A stretch of 63,882 bases of DNA, the filler included, from Octopus bimaculoides (Eukaryota): the NCBI RefSeq assembly GCF_001194135.2. It is 3 parts of 3 records of this genome, joined end to end, with 100 filler letters (N's around TTAATTAATTAA, not from the genome) between each part and the next. Parts side by side here need not be neighbours in the genome. Positions count along the whole stretch, not along the records: positions 1 to 31,256 come from NC_068983.1; 2 more parts are not named here. One strand, 5' to 3'. Below the pieces are notes generated by a model that was not told the origin of the DNA, searched no databases, and saw only the letters and a list, made by a program, of their open reading frames with translations. Shown here in pieces: positions 14,263-26,791 of the stretch. Made by a program: the position numbers and the translations under genes. Position 1 is the stretch's first letter. Each line of letters starts with the position of its first letter.

Positions 14263-15589
14263 NNNNNNNNNNNNNNNNNNNNNNNNNNNNNNNNNNNNNN
14301 NNNNNNNNNNNNNNNNNNNNNNNNNNNNNNNNNNNNNNNNNNNNNNNNNNNNNNNNNNNNNNNNNNNNNNNNNNNNNNNNNNNNNNNNNNNNNNNNNNNN
14401 NNNNNNNNNNNNNNNNNNNNNNNNNNNNNNNNNNNNNNNNNNNNNNNNNNNNNNNNNNNNNNNNNNNNNNNNNNNNNNNNNNNNNNNNNNNNNNNNNNNN
14501 NNNNNNNNNNNNNNNNNNNNNNNNNNNNNNNNNNNNNNNNNNNNNNNNNNNNNNNNNNNNNNNNNNNNNNNNNNNNNNNNNNNNNNNNNNNNNNNNNNNN
14601 NNNNNNNNNNNNNNNNNNNNNNNNNNNNNNNNNNNNNNNNNNNNNNNNNNNNNNNNNNNNNNNNNNNNNNNNNNNNNNNNNNNNNNNNNNNNNNNNNNNN
14701 NNNNNNNNNNNNNNNNNNNNNNNNNNNNNNNNNNNNNNNNNNNNNNNNNNNNNNNNNNNNNNNNNNNNNNNNNNNNNNNNNNNNNNNNNNNNNNNNNNNN
14801 NNNNNNNNNNNNNNNNNNNNNNNNNNNNNNNNNNNNNNNNNNNNNNNNNNNNNNNNNNNNNNNNNNNNNNNNNNNNNNNNNNNNNNNNNNNNNNNNNNNN
14901 NNNNNNNNNNNNNNNNNNNNNNNNNNNNNNNNNNNNNNNNNNNNNNNNNNNNNNNNNNNNNNNNNNNNNNNNNNNNNNNNNNNNNNNNNNNNNNNNNNNN
15001 NNNNNNNNNNNNNNNNNNNNNNNNNNNNNNNNNNNNNNNNNNNNNNNNNNNNNNNNNNNNNNNNNNNNNNNNNNNNNNNNNNNNNNNNNNNNNNNNNNNN
15101 NNNNNNNNNNNNNNNNNNNNNNNNNNNNNNNNNNNNNNNNNNNNNNNNNNNNNNNNNNNNNNNNNNNNNNNNNNNNNNNNNNNNNNNNNNNNNNNNNNAT
15201 ATATATATATATACATACATATGTATGTGTGTGTCTGTGTACCTATATTCTATATTCCAAGGACTGAAAAGTCCAAATGAACCTATGCCTGGTGGGCCAT
15301 TTAGGATAAAGTACTCAAACATAAATTTGAGAGTGAATGAATATATTTAATGCATAGTTGTTCGTGTGACAAAATATATTTAGTCGGACGAATGATTATG
15401 GATTATATATACATACATGTACACACATACGTACACGTATAAACACATTACTTCCTGCCAGTTTCAGAGAAGGTACTGCCGAATCTTGCACGTAAGAACA
15501 TACACATACTCCTAGGAACTCACACACATACACGCACGTACGCACCCCCCCCCCCCNNNNNNNNNNNNNNNNNCAAACACACACACACA

Positions 15590-15626
<37 letters not shown>

Positions 15627-16859
15627 TTAGATATATATGTTTGTGTGTATGTGTGTGCACGTGTATATGTGTGTACGTATTTGTAACGCATTAAATGAAT
15701 TATCGACTTGTTCGCCATTAATAATGCAGTACAATGAAACTAGCTTTACAATATATTCGTACATGAATGGCGCATGAAAATGGCGTCGCAGTATAACGAA
15801 ACACCTTTGAATCATACATAGCTCTTAAACTGTAGGTAGTGATGAGTTATAGTGCCAACTGTTAGAGATTTAGATTTAGCTGCATTACTCCATCATGGCC
15901 TACGTGACCTCATTCTCGAGACGAGATGGTCTGAAGTGAACAGATCTGGACTTAATGAGTAAAGGATATTAGTATAGCTCTAACATTTTTATGCAAATTT
16001 TCAGAGAGCCGTCTACTAATATTTCTTGTTACAAAAATCTTCCTGAACGAAAGATTATTAATAAAAACGTGCTTTGTCACCACGTATTGATTACCTAACA
16101 CTTGTCCATTTTATTTTAATCATGGACACAAAGCGGCGCCATTAACAAAATACGAAACATCTATACTTACAACGGGAATCCGTTCTGGCTTGGTTCCACC
16201 GTTCTTTCACAACACACCATATATATATATATANNNNNNNNNNNNNNNNNNNNNNNNNNNNNNNNNNNNNNNNNNNNNNNNNNNNNNNNNNNNNNNNNNN
16301 NNNNNNNNNNNNNNNNNNNNNNNNNNNNNNNNNNNNNNNNNNNNNNNNNNNNNNNNNNNNNNNNNNNNNNNNNNNATATATATATATATATAAATATACT
16401 TCATTGACTATGTTTTACAGAGAAGCTAATAGCTGTCTACCTTGTGACATTTTGTTAGTAATTTCAAATTCTTCGAAAGAAATAGTCAAAAAAATACCTA
16501 AATATATATGAAAAAACTATGGAAAACTATGAATAAAATTTCCCTCTTTATTTTAAAGTGAGTATTGTATATTATTTTATTCAGCAAAATACGACTCTAC
16601 AATCATAAGAGACTGTGTCAATATCACAAGTCCAAATATTTAGCATCACGAAGCTGACATTTGCTACCACTCTGTTATAGAGGATGTCTTTGGCCTATTA
16701 TCTCAGTCAGCTTCAGGCAAAAATATCAGAAAAAAACAAAATGTGTAATGATTCATTCTCGTGTAAATTTATTGTAGAAAAATCTAATATTAGAGATATT
16801 GTGTTAATGCACCACATAAAAGATGAAATATAATTTAAGTACTACTCACACACATACAC

Positions 16860-16975
16860 CCACGAACACACACGAAATCACACACACACACACGAAATCA
16901 CACACACGAAATCACACACACACACACGAAATCACACACACACACACGAAATCACACATACACACACATACGAAA

Positions 16976-17015
<40 letters not shown>

Positions 17016-17020
17016 ACACC
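16860..17020. repeat. Minisatellite of CACGAAAT units embedded in (CA)n
   Basis: About six cacgaaatcacacaca units with variable CA length. Confidence 0.85.
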
Positions 17021-17852
17021 AAAACATACCCATAGACAGTCACGTTTACAAGACCTTCATCAAGAAATATACATCGTACAGACGTATATGTGTCGACGTG
17101 GTATAACGTATTTATTATGGGTCTCGTCAGATGCTTACAAAAGACAAAACTTACAAATGCACACAATGCACATAGATGCATCTGTATGTATGGTGTGAAG
17201 GAAGACGAGTAGGTAGTTGCATGGAAAAATGGATAAATGGATGATTCTGTGCATAGATACATGAATACATTCCCGCATACATACATACATACATACATAC
17301 ATACATACATACATACATACATGCATAATATAACATGATATAAGATAATATATAATAGTGTCTATATACGTAGAAACAAACGCAGGCACATATGAGTGTA
17401 TTAAGTACACAAAATGACTTTTATATTCATCAACCATCANNNNNNNNNNNNNNNNNNNNNNNNNNNNNNNNNNNNNNNNNNNNNNNNNNNNNNNNNNNNN
17501 NNNNNNNNNNNNNNNNNNNNNNNNNNNNNNNNNNNNNNNNNNNNNNNNNNNNNNNNNNNNNNNNNNNNNNNNNNNNNNNNNNNNNNNNNNNNNNNNNNNN
17601 NNNNNNNNNNNNNNNNNNNNNNNNNNNNNNNNNNNNNNNNNNNNNNNNNNNNNNNNNNNNNNNNNNNNNNNNNNNNNNNNNNNNNNNNNNNNNNNNNNNN
17701 NNNNNNNNNNNNNNNNNNNNNNNNNNNNNNNNNNNNNNNNNNNNNNNNNNNNNNNNNNNNNNNNNNNNNNNNNNNNNNNNNNNNNNNNNNNNNNNNNNNN
17801 NNNNNNNNNNNNNNNNNNNNNNNNNNNNNNNNNNNNNNNNNNNNNNNNNNNN

Positions 17853-18137
17853 AAACACCTAAAGCTCCACGAGGCTCCGGCAGGGGATGGTGGCGAACCC
17901 TGCTGTACTCTTCCACCACAACTTTCTCTCACTCTTACTTCCTGTTTCTGTTGTGCCTGTAATTCAAAGGGTCAGCCTTGTCACACTGTGTCACGCTGAA
18001 TATCCCCGAGAACTACAAGAGGGTACACGTGTCTGTGGAGTGCTCAGCCACTTGCATGTTAATTTCACGAGCAGGCTGGTCCTTTGATCGGATCAACTGG
18101 AACCCTCGTCGTCGTAAGCGACGGAGTGCCAACAACA
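17853..18137 (+). mobile_element. tRNA-derived SINE, family C (5' end lies in the gap)
   Basis: cacctaaagctccacgaggctccggcagggg..gatcggatcaactggaaccctcgtcgtcgtaagcgacggagtgccaacaac. Confidence 0.9.
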
Positions 18138-18159
18138 AATATTAGCCAAACTTTTATGC

Positions 18160-18430
18160 GGGCATCAGAGGGGCGCTTCAGGTAGAGCTGTTACTTCTCC
18201 GAACTGAGAAGACACAGCTCATATAATTCGGACATGTGGTAAGAATGTCTCGGAAAAGAATAGCTGGACAGGTTTTACGGGCAAAACCAACGGGTAGCAG
18301 ACCTAGAGTTAGACCAGTTCGGTTTGTCTCGGTTGGGTACCCAGCCGGGTCAGTTGGAAACAGTTCATCATCGTCCTTGAGAACTCTGCTTCATTGACCC
18401 TTCCATGATTAAGCAGGTAAAGAAGATGAA
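18160..18430 (+). mobile_element. Degenerate RTE-clade LINE C-terminal fragment
   Basis: Translates as GIRGALQVELLLLRTEKTQLI*FGHVVRMSRKRIAGQVLRAKPTGSRPRVRP, the typical RTE QLRWFGHVxRM..RPRGRP end. Confidence 0.8.
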
Positions 18431-19174
18431 ATGAACAATTAAGTAAACAAATGGAAGTAATTAAGTGGTGAGTAATAGAACAATATTACCTAATGATTCC
18501 ACTTATTGAATTATATCGGCGAGTAAGGACGACTGTACCAGGTATGTTTGGGCTAATTTTATTATAAACTAATCAGCAAGGAAGGCATACAGTGCACGCC
18601 GCTTTTGAAGTAGTGAAGGAAGTATTGCTTCCGTGAATGTAACGTATTATGCATTTGTTAGCGTAGAAAAATGAACTTCTTTAGAGATTACATATCTTAC
18701 ATACAACATCTGTACTAAAATATAATTAGGTTAGCGTTAACATATTTGATGCAGCGAGAATTACAAAACTAGCTAGAAATAATTATGGAGCGATTAAAAC
18801 AAAAGAACATTTTTAAGCCACTGGACTAGCATTATGTAATTATTTCGAGCAGTTTTAGAAATTAGCGTTAGGCATGTTTCTTATTATAACCTCATCAGTG
18901 AAACAGAGTACACTTCGCTGAATTGTTGAAGAAGTGAAATTAGAAATCAATAATTAAATATGCAAGACTGTACAGAATAATTGATGTACGAGAATAATTT
19001 TTTTATGGAAAAATTGCATGGAAACAGCTTATTCAGTGAGTATTAACATATTTATCATAGAGGGAAAATATAATGAAGTAAACAGGAATAGTTATGAGAA
19101 GAGGGCAAAACAAAATTAGTGAGTATTTGTTTATTTATCTCACTACTGGGGTAGGACCTTAGAAGATTTTAAAC

Positions 19175-19475
19175 CAAGAGACCCCAGTACATATTGTTTT
19201 AAAGCTTGGTACATATTCTCTCGGTCTCTTTTACGGAACCGCTAAGTTACAGACGTAAACAAACCAACAAAAATTCCCAAGAGGTAGTGCAGGACAAATA
19301 CAAATCAACGACATACATATCTACGACGGGATTCGTTCAGTTTCCGTTTAGTGAATTTACTAACAAGGCTTTGACCAATTCGAGCCTCTAGCAGAAGACA
19401 CTTGCCCAAGATGTCACACAGTGTGACTGAACCTGAAAGGATGCAGTTGGGAAGCTCCTCACCATACAACTCCCA
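19175..19475 (-). mobile_element. SINE family A, degenerate
   Basis: gaaccgctaagttac..gaagacacttgcccaagatgtcacacagtgtgactgaacc. Confidence 0.8.
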
Positions 19476-19489
19476 TTGACTAATAAATA

Positions 19490-19712
19490 TTCTTTTCTAC
19501 TCTAGACACATGGCTCGAAATTTTGGGGGAGGTGACCAGTCGATTAGATCGACCCCAGTACGCAACTTGTACTTAATTTTATCGACCTCAAAAGGACGAA
19601 TGGCAAAGTCGACCTCGGCGGAATTTGAACTCAGAACGTAAAGACAGACGAAATATCGATAAGTATTTCGCCCGGCGCGCTAACGTTTTTGCCAGCTCAC
19701 CACTTTCCCGCA
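19490..19712 (-). mobile_element. SINE family B
   Basis: Reverse complement of the 26262 copy with an alternative tail. Confidence 0.88.
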
Positions 19713-19856
19713 ATGACTAATATTATATTAAATATTGTCAAGTATAGAAGACGACTCTTGACAGATCAGAGATGATGATGACCATATGAAAGCGACACAG
19801 AAGTCATATTACTTGAGGAAGTAGTATTACATGTTTCACTCGTTAATTTTTTTATT

Positions 19857-20259
19857 CTTTAATTCTTTTACGCGTTTCAGTCATTTGACTGCGGTTATGC
19901 TGGAGCATCGCCTGAAATGGTTTACTCGAAGAATTCGATCTCAGATCCTATTCTTTGTAAACGTAGTACTTCTATCGGTAACTATTGCCGAATCACTAAG
20001 TTACGGGACATAAACACACCAACATCAGTTGTCAAGCGATGGTGGGGGACAAACACAGATACAAAGACACACACACACACACACATAAATATATGCGATG
20101 GACTTCTTTCAGTTTCCGTCTACCAAATCCAGTCACAAAGCTTTGGTCGACCCGAAGCTATAATAGAAGTCACTTGCCCAAGGTGCCACAGAATGGGACT
20201 GAACCTGGAACCCTGTGGTTAGGAAGCAAGCTTCTTATCACACAGCCACGCCTGTACCT
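19857..20259 (-). mobile_element. SINE family A, full length
   Basis: Colinear with the other family A copies; many CpGs retained. Confidence 0.9.
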
Positions 20260-20448
20260 ATGCACAAAATGTGCAAAATATGTAAAATGGTACAGAAGCT
20301 AACAAAGAAACATAGAACTATTTAGAAAATAAATCGGATACAGCTTCCTCATTAGACCAAATTCACCTCGATATTAACATTTCAGCTTAGAGATAACAAA
20401 TGCTACTTAATTTGAATATTATGCTGGATTGCATAATAGATGTGAGCT

Positions 20449-20822
20449 GTTGTTGTTGGCCCTCCGTCGCTTACGACGACGAGGGTTCCAGTTGATCCGA
20501 TCAACGGAACAGCCTGCGCGTGAAATTAAAGTGCAAGTGGCTGAGCACTCCACAGACACGTGTACATTTAACGTAGTTCTTAGGGATATTCAGCGTGACA
20601 CAGTGTGACAAGGCTGACCCTTTGAATTACAGGCACAACAGAAACAGGAAGTAAGAGTGAGAGAAAGTTGTGGTGGAAGAGTACAGCAGGGTTCGCCACC
20701 ATCCCCTGCCGGAGCCTCGTGGATCTTTTAGGTGTTTTCGCTCAATAAACACTCACAACACCCGGTTTGGGAATCGAAACCGCGATCCTACGACCGCGAA
20801 TCCACTGGGCCATTGCGCCTCT
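20449..20822 (-). mobile_element. SINE family C, full length with TSD
   Basis: 11-bp TSD agatgtgagct at 20438-20448 and 20825-20835. Confidence 0.93.
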
Positions 20823-21182
20823 ACAGATGTGAGCTATTATCATAAGTATCATACGTTTATCAGGTAGGAAACTGTTTCTTAGAGTTTTTGCGAGTATCAC
20901 ACACTGCTAGATTAGAAGTCGAAAATGGCTCAGTGACTATATATGTGTATCAGTATCAATTCCTCCATTGCTCTCGAGCTCATTGGGCAGTAAACTGACG
21001 CCATTGGTTTCTGTTAGTTGCAGTTGTATCAACATCCGCCCGTGTGTTATTAGCCTCTTTCAAGTTGGTTGTGCGTTTTGTGTAACATGTAATTTTCGGT
21101 CTTCTTTTCTTCCATTTTCTCTTTAGTGGTGACCGTTTGAAAGCTATTTTTGAATAGCGCTCTTCTAGTAGACGGAGAGGAA

Positions 21183-21263
<81 letters not shown>

Positions 21264-21802
21264 GAAGAAAAGAGGACCATGAAGCGATGACAATGACAGA
21301 AAAGCAAGGTCGAATATTATTACAATTACATGCAGAAAAATAAAAAAAATTAGATGGAAAAAGCGAAGCGAGGATTTAAAGAGCATCATCGGGAAGTAAA
21401 CACACTCTGTGTATGTGTATTAACTCGCCATCATTTTGAAAATGCTAGATACGATTCTGTCTGACGTCAAGCAGTATGATGTATGTACGTACATACACAC
21501 CCGTTTATAAATATATGTATGCAAATATGTACATTTATTTATGTATAAGTATATGGCTATAGATACATAGATAGATACACACACACAGACACGCACACAC
21601 AGATATCTATATATATATGAACATATAAATATATATACATATACATATACATAACATATATACACACACACATACACACACATACATATATATATGCATT
21701 TCAGTATGCTTGTGCGTGCGTGAGTGTGTAAATGTGTACGTGTTGAGAAAAGAAGATAGCTAAATAAATAGAGAGAGGGGGGAGAGCGAGAAAGAGAGAT
21801 AG

Positions 21803-21847
<45 letters not shown>

Positions 21848-22303
21848 AACTGGTTAGCAAACTGTCTGCTTAAACTATATAAGATACACAGAAATATTGA
21901 TATTTCATAACTCTTTGCATTCTCTGCTAAATTTATCTGTGTCGGACAAATTAATCTATTTACTTAATATTTAATTAACCTTTTACTTTAATTCTCCAGT
22001 TTAAACATATGAATATGCAGTAATTGATTAGTACGAAACTTTGGATATGTTCAATAAACACTTTTATTACTTGAATTACTCTCTATACAAGGCGGCGAAC
22101 AAGCAGAGACGTTAGCACGTCGGGCGAAATGCTCAGCGATATTTCGTCTGTCATTGAGTGTGCGATTTTGTGTTCAATTGCAGTGTACAGAATCTTCGGC
22201 AAGTGTATCCTACTATAGCCACTGGCGGAACAAATATTTACGAACGGTTTCGGTAGACGGAAACTAAAAGAGGCTTGAAGTATACACACATACACACAAA
22301 CAG

Positions 22304-22384
<81 letters not shown>

Positions 22385-22430
22385 TAGAGAGATAAATAGA
22401 GGATTATATGAATTACGTATATATAATTTT

Positions 22431-22730
22431 ATTAAAAGTCGGGGTACAATATGTACCTGTTTGCTTGAAAGAAGAATAAAACTCCCCAAAACAGCGTATC
22501 TCTCACTATATGTAAACACGTTTGGAGAATGCAGCAAATAAATTTAGAAAAACGGTTCTTTCAGTTTGTAAATCTACAAACAGAAGGGTAGATATCCAAG
22601 TATCAATTGATTTCGCTTTCTGTGGCCATTTTCTCAGTGCGTATTTACATACAGTGTGAGAACGTGGTTTTGGAGAGTTTTATTCTTTTTTCAAGTAAAC
22701 GGATACATATTATACCCTGACTTTTGATAT
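22431..22730. mobile_element. Fold-back MITE with ~95-bp imperfect TIRs
   Basis: Left arm aaaagtcggggtacaatatgtacctgtttgcttgaaagaagaataaaactccccaaaac.. matches the reverse complement of the right arm ..gttttggagagttttattcttttttcaagtaaacggatacatattataccctgactttt; spacer about 100 bp; TA-rich flanks. Confidence 0.8.
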
Positions 22731-22799
22731 ATATTTTCCATATTTCGATTATGTTCGCAGGTCAATTTACCATTAGCTTTTGTAGATTATGATAACTTA

Positions 22800-22962
22800 T
22801 TTTTTTCTCCGTGTTTTTCTCCTTGTCTCCGTATTCTTTCTGTTGAAGAGCGTAGCTCGAAGCGTCAAAGACTTTCCGTATTCCTGAGCGTCATACTAAT
22901 ACATCCTTTTGTTATTTACACCACCTGTCCTCGTCTGTTGTTGTTTTTTTGTACATTCTCCC
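22800..22962 (+). mobile_element. Short pyrimidine-rich repeat (Penelope-like terminal repeat derivative) with hammerhead-like motif
   Basis: Homologous to 4984-5145 (-), 5430-5508 (+, partial) and 62092-62250 (-); each ends at a TA/TATC/TATG microsatellite. The CTGNNGAA-GAGC-nnn-GCTC-GAAAC motif type is one I associate with Penelope termini. Confidence 0.6.
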
Positions 22963-24218
22963 ATATATATATATATATATATATATANNNNNNNNNNNNN
23001 NNNNNNNNNNNNNNNNNNNNNNNNNNNNNNNNNNNNNNNNNNNNNNNNNNNNNNNNNNNNNNNNNNNNNNNNNNNNNNNNNNNNNNNNNNNNNNNNNNNN
23101 NNNNNNNNNNNNNNNNNNNNNNNNNNNNNNNNNNNNNNNNNNNNNNNNNNNNNNNNNNNNNNNNNNNNNNNNNNNNNNNNNNNNNNNNNNNNNNNNNNNN
23201 NNNNNNNNNNNNNNNNNNNNNNNNNNNNNNNNNNNNNNNNNNNNNNNNNNNNNNNNNNNNNNNNNNNNNNNNNNNNNNNNNNNNNNNNNNNNNNNNNNNN
23301 NNNNNNNNNNNNNNNNNNNNNNNNNNNNNNNNNNNNNNNNNNNNNNNNNNNNNNNNNNNNNNNNNNNNNNNNNNNNNNNNNNNNATATATATATATATAT
23401 AAACAAATAGTAAATGAGTATATGCATATATACGTACAGGTATGTGCATACCAACATCCACCTGTATGTATAGGTGCATATCTGGGTACAGGACATTGCA
23501 AACAAAACGTAGACGAGAAAACACACAAGCCACATAGAGAACATTTTCCTTCATCAGCTACCCCCGTTTTAACACCGGCGTTTCGAAGATATAAATATAT
23601 ACATATATCTATATACATACAAATATATATGTGTATGTAGATATCTGTGTAGAACTTTTTGAAATTATTAATAAAACGGTTAAGTTTAAGGAAATATAAT
23701 GGAAGCCACCACATCACCGTTATCCTATTTTATTTAACAAACAATCATTAATACAATCATCAGCTCCTTTATTCAATCATTCGTCTGCACTAGATTACTT
23801 GCCACCATTTCAGACATAGGTGGAGCTGTTGTTTCTTCAGACAAATTGCTTTTGTTCTAGTCAGTTTACGCGTCGTTCTGCTGTTGTCTTTTGAAAACGA
23901 CGTTGGTTACGGCTGGTAAGTAGGATGGCATGTTATTGTCATTACTGCTCGAGTTATTGTGGTCGTCTTCGCAGTCGTCGTTTTTGCTTTTGCTGTTCGT
24001 GTCGGTATTGCAGTTGTTTTGCTTTAGGTGTGTTTTTCGTTTTTGCTGTTGTTGTTGTTATGATATTGATTCCATTGATTGGAACCAAAGTTAAAACAAA
24101 CCGCTTTTTCACAGAGCGTCTACAAACATTAATGAATCATATATTCTGGTTCTAGTTCGAAAGTCTAGTCCTCATAATTCTACTTCCCTCTTTGTATGTT
24201 TCCTCCTCCTCTTCCTCT

Positions 24219-24220
<2 letters not shown>

Positions 24221-24305
<85 letters not shown>

Positions 24306-24369
24306 CGCTGCCGCCGCCGCCGCTACCGCCACCGCGACCATCACGACCACCATGACAACCACGACCACG

Positions 24370-24423
<54 letters not shown>
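24221..24423. repeat. Compound trinucleotide array (TAC)n-(TGC)n-(CGC)n-(GAC/CAC)n-(TAC)n
   Basis: Read directly from the sequence. Confidence 0.95.
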
Positions 24424-24945
24424 GCTTTCACCGACTTACCGCTCGTTTTTCTCTCTCAATGCATCTCATTGTGCTCATTGTTTCCGGCCCCCACACGCCA
24501 TTATCTATTTTACTTTCTTTGTCTACTTTGAAATTTAAAGTTAACTATAAGTTTAGTGATATACACACACGCAGATATCAACACTCGCAGATATATTGAG
24601 AGACTCTAACACAGAACAAAACAGATACAGACACACATATAACGATACATGTGTGCGTGTGTATATGAATAAATATGAGTGTATACGCGTGTGTATATAT
24701 TTAGTACATTTAGTATATTAAACATGTGTATAACAGTCAAATTATTTAACCAGCCGTATAAATCTCTAAAACGTTCAACACTGTGGTCCAGAATGGTAGC
24801 AGTCCAGTGACTAAAACCAGGAAAAGAGCAGTAAATGTCTGTCCGCCCGTCTATATATCCGTATATGTTTGTGCGCGCACGCGTATGTATATATGTATGT
24901 ATGTATGTATGCATGTATGTATGTATGTATGCATGTGTGTGTGTG

Positions 24946-24999
<54 letters not shown>

Positions 25000-26261
25000 C
25001 ATATGTATATAAAATTAAAACATTAGGGTAAAAAATTGGATATTAATTAATATAAATTTAATACCAGGGAACAAGCACATTAAAAGAAACAAGGAGATTC
25101 AGGAAAAATATCTGAGATTTCAAAGGATTATTGTATATGTATATGTATATATAATTTGCGGATAACTTTGTATATATTTATGTAATTTTCACTTGTCTTG
25201 CCCGCATACGTTTTGTTACTTCGTTAAATTTCCTTTGAGAACAATTCGGTCTTAGTAGACACATTACATGTAATCTTCTTCAAGCACATTAACAGTCCAC
25301 CTACTGGTCTCCTTTATATATACATATACATATGTATATATGTATATAGATGAACGTATATGTTTGTATGACTATGTGTCTGCGTTACGCGGTCGCTTGT
25401 GTGTGTACATAAATTGTAAATGAAGCGCTTTTGCTGATAAATATTGTAAATGTCACATAGCGTTTTGAGAGACTGATGTAAACCAAAAGACAAGATAAAA
25501 AAAAGAAAACAAAATGTATCAAAACAGTATAACGGAAAGTAAAAGTTTACTTAGTCTTGTGTTAAACTGATACCAACGAAATTATGGCATATGAACAAAA
25601 ACGGCTACATCAGAAGAATAGTGTGACAGACAAAATACAAAAATAGCAATAAAAAAATTTGTTGTTGCTTTAGGTTTTAAAGCTTAAGCGTGCTGACAAG
25701 AGAGGTGATGCATAAAGTAGGCGTTTTGACACATTAAACGATAGGAAGATAAATATATCGACGGAGAGATAGTTAGATAGATAAATAGATAAAAATATAT
25801 AGGGTGATCGATGTATATACATACAGAGTTATGGATGCTTAGATAGCTGAATATGTGAAGATGAGTGTATGGGAATATGTGCTTGGAGAAATAATTGGAT
25901 AGCAAGAAGGGTACATGGATACATTGAAAGACAGATCGATTGATTCATATACATATCAATTAAATTAGAAATATTTAACTAGCGAATAAATGTAAAGAGA
26001 AACTGGTTGCTGTGTAAGATGGAACTGTTGAATTGTAATCGGTTTTGGAGATAAAAATTCTTCGTCAAACGGGATTTTTGTGTAGCTACCACAGTGAGGG
26101 TTGCATATGCTATCACTTTTCAGAGAAGCAGCTTGTTTGTTGCCATGTGTCGAGCTCACAATAGCGGGCGATAGTAGGTTTCAGTTTTCTAATGAAGTGC
26201 GTTTCGGTTATGTGAGGAATCATCCCGTGGTTGTTTATTGATTATTTTATTGATTATTAAT

Positions 26262-26494
26262 AAGGCGGCGAGCTGGCAGAATCGTTAGCGCGCCGGGCGA
26301 AATGCTTAGCGGTATTTCGTCTGCCGTTACGTTCTGAGTTCAAATTCCGCCGAGGTCGACTTTGGCGTTCATCCTTTCGGGGTCGATAAATAAAGTACCA
26401 GCTACGCACTGGGGTCGATGTAATCGACTTAATCCGTTTGTCTGTCCTTGTTTGTCCCCTCTGTGTTTAGCCCCTTGTGGGCAATAAAGAAATA
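26262..26494 (+). mobile_element. tRNA-derived SINE, family B, near-intact copy
   Basis: aaggcggcgagctggcagaatcgttagc..gttctgagttcaaattccgccgaggtcgactttg..catcctttcggggtcgataaa..gtgggcaataaagaaat. Confidence 0.9.
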
Positions 26495-26621
26495 TATTTA
26501 TTGGTTATCACTTCCTGAAAATGCTTTCTCTATATACTAGTAGTATTGGAACATTGCCCTTAGTCGTATGAGATCTCCAAGGCATTATACCAATTCATTA
26601 AATTCATATGTACATGCATAA

Positions 26622-26786
26622 GCGCAGGAGTGGCTGCGTGGTACGAAGCTTGCTTCCCAACGTAATGGTTCCGGGTTCAGTCCCACTGTGTGACGTTTTG
26701 GGCAAGTGACTTCTACTATAGCCTCGGGCTGGCCAGAGCCTTGTGAGTTGATTTGTTAGACGGAATCCGAAAGAAGCCGGTCGCAT
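26622..26786 (+). mobile_element. SINE family A 5' half, abutting the maT transposon
   Basis: gcgcaggagtggctgcgtggta..gggttcagtcccact..gaaagaagccggtcg, then TA and the transposon end. Confidence 0.88.
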
Positions 26787-26791
26787 ATATA

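Noticed and set aside
24180-24599. Thr/Ala-rich mucin-like ORF
   Set aside because: Pure trinucleotide array open in several frames on both strands.
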